DNA of 64,000 nucleotides from a bacterium (GTDB lineage: Bacteria > J088 > JAWLBW01), in assembly GCA_041690355.1 (NCBI GenBank), contig JAWLHK010000002.1, positions 1 through 64,000 on the forward strand, in the 5' to 3' direction. The notes under the pieces were generated by a model. The model ran no database searches, was not told the DNA's origin, and saw nothing but the letters and a program-made list of their open reading frames with translations. Each line of letters starts with the position of its first letter. Positions within the stretch are counted from its first letter, which is position 1. Below are positions 56,569 through 64,000 of this stretch, one piece after another. A program made the position numbers and the translations under genes.

Positions 56569-56691
56569 GCATTCCTGATGCCTGATTCTTGATTCCTGAG
56601 CGGCAAGGGCCCCGCCCCGGCATTCATCACCCGACTTTTGTCTTGCCTGCTCTTGCTTCGTCAAGAATCAGGAATCAGGAATCAGGAATGC
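56569..56691. repeat. 123-bp element with ~30-bp terminal inverted repeats made of (ATTCCTG) heptamers
   Basis: GC(ATTCCTG)x4 at 56569-98 with GGCAAG at 56602. Mirrored CTTGCC at 56642 and (CAGGAAT)x4-GC at 56662-91. Confidence 0.88.
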
Positions 56692-56811
56692 TTGCGCGCA
56701 CCCGAGCCCCCTCGAGGTGGGCGTTCGATCGCCCTTTTGGGTACGATAGAGGTACTCTCGTGAGTCGCCGATTCGATTCGCGGCCGCTTGGTCGCGCCCT
56801 GAGGATCCTGT

Positions 56812-58428
56812 ATGAAACCGAACCTTCGCGCCGCTGCTCTTTTTCCCCTCCTTGCCTTCGCCGCCTGCGAGAGTGTCACGCCCGATACCGACGGGTACGA
56901 TGCGAACGCCGCCTGTACGGTTCCCTTCGATCCGGCCTCGGTGGGGCCGCTGCCGACGGACCTCGCCTCCTATACCCACGCTGGGCCGCAGGGACCTGCG
57001 GAGGCGTTCAGCCACGGGGTTGCCAGCGGCGATCCGACCGAGGACGCGGTCATTCTCTGGACGCGGGTGACCACCGACGTCACGTCGCCCGAGGTCGTGC
57101 CGGTCTTCTACGAAGTCGCCCTCGATGAAGCGTTCACCGATCGCGTGGCCGCCGGCGAAGTCACCACCGGCGCCTTCCGTGACCACACTGTCAAGGTCGA
57201 CGTCACGGGGCTGAAGTGGGGGCGCGACTACTTCTACCGCTTTCACGCTCTGGGGCGCACGTCGCCCGTCGGCAAGACCCGGCTCGCGCCGGGCGAGGCC
57301 GGCGCCCGCTGTGCCCGCTTCGCCGTCGTCTCCTGCTCGAGCTATGCCCACGGCTACTTTCATGCATATGGTCACATCGCAGCCCGGCCCGACGTCGATC
57401 TCGTGCTGCACCTCGGCGATTACATCTATGAATACGGCACCGACCAGTACGGCGGCGTGCGCGCCTATGAGCCGGCGCACGAGATCAAGACTCTCGCCGA
57501 TTACCGCACCCGGTATGCGCAATACCGGCGGGATCCCGACCTGCAGGCCATTCACCGGGCGCATCCGATGATCGCCGTCTGGGACGACCATGAGACCGCC
57601 GATAACTCTTTTGCCGACGGGGCCAACAATCACCAGGACGACGAGGGAGACTGGCAGCTTCGCAAGGCCGTCGCGACGCAGGCCTACTTCGAGTGGATGC
57701 CGATTCGCGACAATCCCGCACAGCATATCTGGCGTGCGTTTCGCTACGGCGAGCTGGCCGATCTGATCTTCCTCGACACGCGCATTGCCGGCCGCGACGA
57801 GCAGATCGGCGACCCGGCCGGCGACGGCCCCGAGCGCCACATTCTCGGCGACGAGCAGGAAGCCTGGCTGCGCGCGCAGCTGCGCGACGGGTCGGGCCAG
57901 TGGCGCATCATCGGCCAGCAGGTCATGGTGGCCCACCTGCAGTCGGGGTCGGTCCCCTTCAACATGGATCAGTGGGACGGCTACTCGAACGCCCGCGGCC
58001 GGCTTTTCGACATGCTCGCAGAGTATACCGACGAGAATGCCGTCGTGCTGACCGGCGACATCCACTCGAGCTGGGGGCTCGAGCTGGCGCGCGATCCGTT
58101 CGCGGCCGATTACGATCCGGCCCGCGATAACCTGGGGGTCGAATTCGTCGTTCCCGGCATCACGTCGCCGGGGTTTCCGACGGGTATCGGTGACCTGGCG
58201 AGCGAGAAATTTGCCAACTCCAACCCGCACCTGAAGTACAGCAACCTCGAACAGCGCGGTTACATGCTGCTTGACGTCGATCCGAAGCGGGTTCAGGCCG
58301 ACTATTATGTACTCGACGGCGTCGAAAAGAACCAGGGAACCCAGACGTTCGACGCCGGCCTGACGGCCCGGCGCGGCGACGCGCGTCTTTCTTTTGCCGC
58401 CGGCCCCGTCGATCGGGACAGCGAGTAA
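56812..58428 (+). CDS. phoD: Alkaline phosphatase D family lipoprotein
   Basis: FSHGVASGDP, VSCS, HLGDYIYE, VWDDHE, LDTR, DQWDGY, LTGDIH. Lipobox AFAAC. Confidence 0.93.
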   Translation: MKPNLRAAALFPLLAFAACESVTPDTDGYDANAACTVPFDPASVGPLPTDLASYTHAGPQGPAEAFSHGVASGDPTEDAVILWTRVTTDVTSPEVVPVFYEVALDEAFTDRVAAGEVTTGAFRDHTVKVDVTGLKWGRDYFYRFHALGRTSPVGKTRLAPGEAGARCARFAVVSCSSYAHGYFHAYGHIAARPDVDLVLHLGDYIYEYGTDQYGGVRAYEPAHEIKTLADYRTRYAQYRRDPDLQAIHRAHPMIAVWDDHETADNSFADGANNHQDDEGDWQLRKAVATQAYFEWMPIRDNPAQHIWRAFRYGELADLIFLDTRIAGRDEQIGDPAGDGPERHILGDEQEAWLRAQLRDGSGQWRIIGQQVMVAHLQSGSVPFNMDQWDGYSNARGRLFDMLAEYTDENAVVLTGDIHSSWGLELARDPFAADYDPARDNLGVEFVVPGITSPGFPTGIGDLASEKFANSNPHLKYSNLEQRGYMLLDVDPKRVQADYYVLDGVEKNQGTQTFDAGLTARRGDARLSFAAGPVDRDSE

Positions 58429-58457
58429 CGTCGTGTGCAACCGGGACGAGGTGCGGC

Positions 58458-59594
58458 GTGATGCTTGACGTTCTCCAGGCGCTGGCGTACGTCCTGTTTC
58501 CGGCCCTGGTGCTCAAGCTCGAACGCCGGTTCAAGATCGTCGAGACGTTGAGCCCGGTCGTTGTCAGCTACGCGGCCGGGATCATTCTCGGCAATCTGCC
58601 CGGTGTCGGTCTGAACCGCGCGCTGACGGGAAACGTGACCGAGGCGGCGGTTCTGCTGGCCATTCCGCTGCTGCTTTTTCCCACCGATTTCGGTCACTGG
58701 ATGGGCATCGCGCGCGAGACCGTCATCGCCTTCGGGCTCGCCATCGTCGCCATCTGCGTCGCCTCGGCCGCCGGGGTGTTGCTTTTCGGGGGGCTCGTCG
58801 AACGGCCGGCCGACATCGCCGGCATGCTCGTCGGCGTCTACACGGGGGGCACGCCGAACATGACCGCCATCGCCATGGCGCTCGAGGTGCCCCAGGAGAC
58901 CTTCATTCTCGTCAACGGCGCCGACATGCTGCTCGGCAGCACGTACCTTCTGTTTCTGATGACAGCCGCGAAGCCGCTGCTGAAGCGGTTCTACCCGCCG
59001 TTCCGCTTCCGGGGCGAACCGATGCACCCCGACGAGCCGGCTCAGCCGCAGAAGGGGTTGGGCGTCCGGTTCACGCCGCGCAGCGTGGTGACGGTGATCG
59101 CCGCGGCGGCCGGCCTGGCCGGAGTGTCGGTCGGCATCTCCATGCTCCTCTTTCAGCGCCTCTCGGCGCCCACCATCATTCTCTCGCTGACGACGCTCGC
59201 GATTCTGGCCAGTTTCTACCGGCCGCTGCGCAACACCGGGGGCAGCTACGAGGCCGGCCAGTATCTGATGCTGATCTTCTGCTTCGCCATCGGCACGCTC
59301 GCCGACGTGCAGACGCTGGCCGCCGCCGTGTCGACCGTGCTTCTCTACGTCGCCTTCGTGCTCGTGTTTTCGATTGTGCTTCATCTGCTGCTGGCGAAGC
59401 TGTTCCCGAGCATCGACGTCGACACGCTGATCATGGCCTCGACGGCCGCGGTGTTCGGACCCCCCTTCGTGGGCCCGATTGCCAACGTGCTCAAGAACCG
59501 CGAAGTCATCCCCTCGGGCATGACGGCGGGGGTGGTCGGCCTCGCCATCGGCAACTATCTGGGCATCGGCATGGCCATGCTGCTCGGCGGCTGA
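58458..59594 (+). CDS. DUF819-family integral membrane protein
   Basis: About 11 TM helices, GVYTGGTPNMTAI, MASTAAVFGPPF, GLAIGNYLG. Confidence 0.82.
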   Translation: MMLDVLQALAYVLFPALVLKLERRFKIVETLSPVVVSYAAGIILGNLPGVGLNRALTGNVTEAAVLLAIPLLLFPTDFGHWMGIARETVIAFGLAIVAICVASAAGVLLFGGLVERPADIAGMLVGVYTGGTPNMTAIAMALEVPQETFILVNGADMLLGSTYLLFLMTAAKPLLKRFYPPFRFRGEPMHPDEPAQPQKGLGVRFTPRSVVTVIAAAAGLAGVSVGISMLLFQRLSAPTIILSLTTLAILASFYRPLRNTGGSYEAGQYLMLIFCFAIGTLADVQTLAAAVSTVLLYVAFVLVFSIVLHLLLAKLFPSIDVDTLIMASTAAVFGPPFVGPIANVLKNREVIPSGMTAGVVGLAIGNYLGIGMAMLLGG

Positions 59595-59729
59595 CCCGGT
59601 ACCGGCTCGGGTGGCGACCGGCCGCTGAAATCGCATATAATGTCGTGACTCGGGGGCTGGGTGCCCGGTTACCCGACAAGCTTTCTGTTTGCGTTTTTCG
59701 GGAAGAAGCCCTTCCCCAGTGAGGAATCC

Positions 59730-60407
59730 ATGAAGAAACTTTTTGCTCTTTCGCTCATTTCGGCGCTGACCCTCGGCGCCTGCAGCATCGAATCAACGCT
59801 CGACGACATCGGCAACGACCTGCAGCAGCAGCTCGACGATGCCCAGAAGCAGGAACTCGCCAAGGCCGCCGCGCCCCTGCTGGCCGCGCAGATCGGCAAG
59901 GCGGTCGGCAGCGCCGCCGCCGAAACCGACGCCACGATGGCTCCGTTTCACCCGCTGCTCGACATCATCAACGAGTCGATCACGCTCAATGAAACCGTCG
60001 AAATCGACGGCGGCGGTTCGGTGACCGTCGAAGGTACGGTGACCATGCTCGTGACCGGCGACGACGTGACCGCGCCCACCGACTGGGCCGCCACGCAGGA
60101 CCTGACCGTGACGTGGACCGACGTGACGCTTTCGGTGCAGGGACAGAGCCTGGCCAGCAGCGGCAGCGAAACCATCACGGCCGACTTTGCCGGCAGCGTT
60201 TCGGATACGACGACCTACGCCGGCACGGTCGTGCTCGCCGGCTCGTTCACCCTGGGTGAAGACGAGCACGAGTTCGACATGACGATCACCGCCGACGCCA
60301 ACGGGGCCAGCTACACGGGCACCGTGAACGGCGAAGAGATCAGCGGCACGATTGACTACGAAACGCCCGAAGGCTACTCGCAGCCGGAGACGGAAGTCAC
60401 GTTCTGA
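59730..60407 (+). CDS. Hypothetical beta-rich lipoprotein
   Basis: GAGGA RBS, MKKLFALSLISALTLGAC lipobox, Thr/Asp-rich beta pattern. Confidence 0.8.
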   Translation: MKKLFALSLISALTLGACSIESTLDDIGNDLQQQLDDAQKQELAKAAAPLLAAQIGKAVGSAAAETDATMAPFHPLLDIINESITLNETVEIDGGGSVTVEGTVTMLVTGDDVTAPTDWAATQDLTVTWTDVTLSVQGQSLASSGSETITADFAGSVSDTTTYAGTVVLAGSFTLGEDEHEFDMTITADANGASYTGTVNGEEISGTIDYETPEGYSQPETEVTF

Positions 60408-60430
60408 TCTTCTGCTGAGCTTGATATCTG

Positions 60431-60461
60431 AGGAGGGGGCTTCGGCCCCCTTTCTTTTTTT
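60431..60461 (+). terminator. Rho-independent terminator
   Basis: AGGAGGGGGC-TTCG-GCCCCCTTTCT-TTTTTT between convergent genes. Confidence 0.88.
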
Positions 60462-60463
60462 CG

Positions 60464-61120
60464 TCAGGCGGATCGGTGCAGGCGCACCGTGGTGAACTGC
60501 GGATCCCCGAAGGCGGGCAGCGTGTCGCCGGCATAGGTGCCGACGAGGGGCAATCCGTGCCGTTCCAGCTCGGCGCACCGGGACTCGGCGACGAGCAGGT
60601 CTCCACAGACGGCGCGGAAGGTCGCAATCAGCGGCAGATTCGCCGGGTCGTAGAAGAAGTCGGCCAGGACGAGGAGGTCTGCCGGACGCGCCAGCTCCCC
60701 CAGGTCGCCGACGATGGAGAACGCCACCCTGCTGGCGCGCGCGTTCTCGGCCGTCACCCGGCGCGCCACGGGGTCTCGATCCACCGCCGTGACCTTCGCG
60801 GCCCCGTTCAGCGCGGCTGCTATCGCGGCCACTCCCGAGCCGCATCCCAGATCGACGACATGCTTCCCCCGCACGAGTTCGGGTTCTGAGCGGAACCGTG
60901 CGGCCAGGCAGCGCCCGGCCGGCCAGCAGAGCGACCAGAAGGGCGGGGCGTCGGCTGCTGCCCGGGCCTGCTCCGTGCGCAACGGCCGCCGGCTGGCCTC
61001 CTCGTCCAGCAGCCAGAGGCGAATCCGTTCGTCTTCGGGGAGCGTCGTCAGGCAAAGCGGCATGCCGAACGGCGCCAATGCGGCTACGGAGTCCAAGGCG
61101 GCAGCGTGCAGATCGTGCAT
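60464..61120 (-). CDS. Class I SAM-dependent methyltransferase (protein N-methyltransferase-like)
   Basis: PPFWSLCWPAGRCLA, VVDLGCGSG, LVLADFFYD. Confidence 0.85.
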   Translation of the reverse strand: MHDLHAAALDSVAALAPFGMPLCLTTLPEDERIRLWLLDEEASRRPLRTEQARAAADAPPFWSLCWPAGRCLAARFRSEPELVRGKHVVDLGCGSGVAAIAAALNGAAKVTAVDRDPVARRVTAENARASRVAFSIVGDLGELARPADLLVLADFFYDPANLPLIATFRAVCGDLLVAESRCAELERHGLPLVGTYAGDTLPAFGDPQFTTVRLHRSA

Positions 61121-61282
61121 TCCATCGTTGTACCCGCCGGCGGCGCCCGGCGCCATACGAGGCCGCCCCGCGCCCCCATCCGGCCGTGCCCGATTTTGAC
61201 CGGTGCGCTCGGCCTGATAGGATTTGGAGTGAGCAAAACGGCCCCGCGGATGTTCGGCGGCGGCCGAGCCAGGGAGTATTGC

Positions 61283-61777
61283 ATGTCCAGTCTCGACAAA
61301 CTCGATCTGCTCGAAGGGATGGAAGGATCCGATCTCGTACAGGAAACCTTCCTTTTTCGCGAGCTTGGCTTCGACGAAACGGCGAAGCTGGCGGGCGCCT
61401 TCATGAAGCGCACTTTTGCCGACGGGGCGCACATCATCGAGGAGAACGCCATCGGCGACGCCCTCTACATCATCCAGAGCGGCACCGTGCAGATCGCGAA
61501 GTCCGACGGCGGATCGGAGCGTGTCCTCACCGAACTCGGCAAGGGGGAACTCGTGGGCGAGATGTCGCTCATCGAGGCTTCGCTCACCTCGGCCATGGTC
61601 AAGGCGAAAGGGCCGGTCGAGTGCCTGGTGCTCGCCAAGCGGGACCTGGACGCAATGATGCGCGACAACGCCGATCTGGCGCTCAAGGTCTACAAGGCAT
61701 TCTGCCACGTCCTGTCCGAACGCCTGCGCCGCACCTCGCAGGAACTCTTCGAACTGCAGCGCAAGCAGGGGAGCTGA
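61283..61777 (+). CDS. Stand-alone cyclic nucleotide-binding domain protein
   Basis: IIEENAIGDALYIIQSGTV, GELVGEMSLI...TSAMVKA. No HTH follows. GGGAG RBS. Confidence 0.88.
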   Translation: MSSLDKLDLLEGMEGSDLVQETFLFRELGFDETAKLAGAFMKRTFADGAHIIEENAIGDALYIIQSGTVQIAKSDGGSERVLTELGKGELVGEMSLIEASLTSAMVKAKGPVECLVLAKRDLDAMMRDNADLALKVYKAFCHVLSERLRRTSQELFELQRKQGS

Positions 61778-61779
61778 CC

Positions 61780-62856
61780 ATGAACCTCGAGTACCTCAAC
61801 AAGCTGCTCACGATCGGCGTTCAGAACCACGCCTCCGACATCCACCTGAAGGTCGACCGCGCCCCCATGTTCCGCATCAACGGGGAACTCAAGGAGATCA
61901 AGGCGCCCAAGCTGAAGGCCGAGGATACGCAGGCCATCGTCGAAGGGCTGGTGAAGAACCACCCGGGCGCGCCCGACGTCAAGAAGATGACCGAATACGA
62001 CTCGTCGTATGCCCTGGCCGACGTCGGCCGGTTCCGCGTCAACGTCTTCCGGCAGCGCGGGTCGCTCGCCGTCATCCTGCGCGTCATCCCGATCAGCATC
62101 CCCTCGTTCGCGCAGCTCGGGCTGCCCAAGGTTCTCGAGAAGATCGCGGGGTACAAGCGCGGCCTCATCCTCGTGACCGGCGTGACCGGCAGCGGCAAAT
62201 CGTCGACCCTGGCGGCCATCATCGACCACATCAACACCCACCGGCAGGAGCACATTCTGACGCTGGAAGATCCCATTGAGTTCGTGCACGCCGACAAGCG
62301 TTCGTCGGTAAGCCAGCGCGAGATCGGCAGCGACAGCCAGGACTTTGCCGGGGCCCTGCGCGGCGCCCTGCGCCAGGACCCCGACGTGATTCTCATCGGC
62401 GAAATGCGCGACTTTGAAACCGTCGACATCGCGCTCAAGGCGGCCGAAACCGGTCACCTCGTACTGTCGACGGTGCACACGACCGACGCCGCCCGCACCA
62501 TCGGCCGCCTCATCGGCGTGTTTCCCGCGAATCAGCAGGACGGCGCGCGCATCCGCATCGCCGAGAATCTCAAGGCGAGCATCTCACAACGCCTGCTGCC
62601 GAAGGCCGAGGGCGCCGGCCGCGTGGTTGCCGCCGAAATCATGGTCAGCAACATGGGGGTCGAGGAGTGCATCAAGGATCCCGATAAGACGTCGCTCATG
62701 AAGGACGTCATCGCTCGCGGCAACCTCGACATCGGCTCGCAGACCTTCGACCAGCACCTGACCGAGCTGTACAAGTCGGGTCAGATCACGATGGATTCGG
62801 CGAAGTCGGCGGCGACGAACCCGTCGGACTTCGAGCGCGCCCTCGCGTTCGAGTAA
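61780..62856 (+). CDS. pilT: PilT/PilU-family type IV pilus retraction ATPase paralog
   Basis: ASDIHL, Walker A GVTGSGKS, TLEDPIE, ALRQDPDVILIGEMRD, AETGHLVLSTVH. Confidence 0.9.
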   Translation: MNLEYLNKLLTIGVQNHASDIHLKVDRAPMFRINGELKEIKAPKLKAEDTQAIVEGLVKNHPGAPDVKKMTEYDSSYALADVGRFRVNVFRQRGSLAVILRVIPISIPSFAQLGLPKVLEKIAGYKRGLILVTGVTGSGKSSTLAAIIDHINTHRQEHILTLEDPIEFVHADKRSSVSQREIGSDSQDFAGALRGALRQDPDVILIGEMRDFETVDIALKAAETGHLVLSTVHTTDAARTIGRLIGVFPANQQDGARIRIAENLKASISQRLLPKAEGAGRVVAAEIMVSNMGVEECIKDPDKTSLMKDVIARGNLDIGSQTFDQHLTELYKSGQITMDSAKSAATNPSDFERALAFE

Positions 62857-62898
62857 GCCGCGGTTCCCTCGGCGCGGCTTTTCGGGTACCTTGTCAGC

Positions 62899-63129
62899 AT
62901 GGCGCCCGTGCTTTATCCCGACGGCGATCGGTTCGAGATCGTTCTGCTGCACGAAGACAACGTCGGCCCGACCGTCGCCGTATTTGTTCGGGAGACCGAC
63001 GCCCGGCGGGCGATGGACCTGTGGGCCGGGAGCGAAGACGACTCCGGCGAGAAGGCACTGGCGGGCATGCGCGCGGCCATCCGGGCGGCCGGAATTCCGG
63101 CCGAATTTCCGGATCGGACCGATCCCTGA
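62899..63129 (+). CDS. Hypothetical protein (76 aa)
   Basis: Host-like codon usage. TACCTT-6 nt-ATG leaderless-type start. Confidence 0.55.
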   Translation: MAPVLYPDGDRFEIVLLHEDNVGPTVAVFVRETDARRAMDLWAGSEDDSGEKALAGMRAAIRAAGIPAEFPDRTDP

Positions 63130-63169
63130 CCGGAACAGACACTGAGCGGAATCGGAAAGGAAGTCCTGC

Positions 63170-63364
63170 GTGAAGTCAGCCCCTACGTCGTGCGGATTCG
63201 ACCCCGCGCAGTTCCGCGAGCTGAAAGAGCAGCTCAAGGCCGGCTTGGTGACCGCCGTCTTTCACAAGCCGACGGGCCGCGTGCTCTATCTGGAACCCGC
63301 CGAGCTGGCGGCGCTGCCTGAAGCAGACTACGTCCCGGTGCGTTCCGGCCCGCCGGCACCCTGA
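63170..63364 (+). CDS. Hypothetical protein (64 aa)
   Basis: AAGGAAG RBS before GTG, host-like codon usage. No motif recognised. Confidence 0.5.
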   Translation: MKSAPTSCGFDPAQFRELKEQLKAGLVTAVFHKPTGRVLYLEPAELAALPEADYVPVRSGPPAP

Positions 63365-63386
63365 CCTTGCCTCGGCGAGGGCGCGC

Positions 63387-64000
63387 TCAGTCGAGCATGC
63401 CCGCCTTGATGGCCTTCGTGACCGCTTCGGTGCGCGAGTGCACGCCGAGTTTCTTGTAGATGTGCTTGATGTGCACCTGAACCGTTCCGGCGCTGATCTG
63501 CAGGTGGCCGGCAATCTCGTCGTAGGTGTACCCGCCGATGAGCAGGTCGAGCACGTCCCGCTCACGACGCGACAGCTCGACCTCCGGGTCGCGTTCCTTG
63601 TCGGGCCCCAGGCTGTCTTCGGGCTGAAACTCGCGAAGGACGCGCCTGGCCACGGCCGGCGACATGGGCGCGCCTCCGTCGAGCACTTCGTTCATCCAGC
63701 GCACGATGTCTTCGAACGGCGCGTCTTTCAGAATGTAGCCGGAGGCTCCGGCCTTGAGGGCCGCCAGCAGCGTTTCGCGGTCGTCGAACACGGTGAGCAC
63801 CAGCACCTCGGGCGCATTGTCGAGGCGGCGCAGGCGCCGGATGGCATCGGTGCCGTGCATGCCCGGCAGGTCGAGGTCGAGCAGCACGATGTCGCAGGGG
63901 GGCGAAAACGTGCCCACCGCTTCGAGCAGGGCCTCGGCGGTTGCATAATGGCCGGCGATGTCGAAGCCGCGCCTCGAAAGCAGGTATACGAGGCTCTCGC
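63387..64000 (-). CDS. NarL/LuxR-family response regulator, 5'-truncated by the window edge
   Basis: LLDLDLPG, LTVFDD, GASGYILK receiver plus LSRRERDVL...GTVQVHIKHIYKKLGV HTH. Frame stays open to the window end. Confidence 0.93.
   Translation of the reverse strand, partial: ESLVYLLSRRGFDIAGHYATAEALLEAVGTFSPPCDIVLLDLDLPGMHGTDAIRRLRRLDNAPEVLVLTVFDDRETLLAALKAGASGYILKDAPFEDIVRWMNEVLDGGAPMSPAVARRVLREFQPEDSLGPDKERDPEVELSRRERDVLDLLIGGYTYDEIAGHLQISAGTVQVHIKHIYKKLGVHSRTEAVTKAIKAGMLD

Noticed and set aside
35122-56691. Repeat tracts as a CRISPR array or integron attC sites
   Set aside because: No regular repeat-spacer periodicity, no cas genes, no RYYYAAC/GTTRRRY boxes and no integron integrase in the window.

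Overview
High-GC bacterial chromosomal window. The lipoprotein-rich gene content and the tmRNA tag GNDYDYALAA suggest a Myxococcota/Deltaproteobacteria-like organism (inference only). Order of content: (1) the 3' part of a giant (>4,260 aa) repeat surface protein; (2) a signalling block (GAF/PAS kinase, receivers, PAS-GGDEF-EAL, MerR, MscS); (3) a 2,336-aa cadherin-like lipoprotein and a U32 hydroxylase; (4) an accessory patch around smpB/ssrA with three VapBC-type toxin-antitoxin pairs and an Abi_2/AbiF HEPN gene preceded by a promoter and a structured putative antitoxin RNA; (5) a ppsA-acsA-pdhA-pdhB-E2-ACP operon without E3; (6) secreted hydrolases, a cNMP-binding/PilT pair and a truncated LuxR regulator. 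The most unusual signal is non-coding. Between 35 and 57 kb, about 14 intergenic tandem tracts built from at least six unrelated 7-8 nt units are mostly followed by the same GGCAAG anchor (exact in 10, degenerate or absent in the rest). Some pairs bracket single genes or TA modules like cassettes. At least nine genes also look leaderless (-10 hexamer, 6-7 nt, ATG). No CRISPR array, integrase, transposase, rRNA or canonical tRNA was seen. All calls come from reading motifs by eye; no database search was run.
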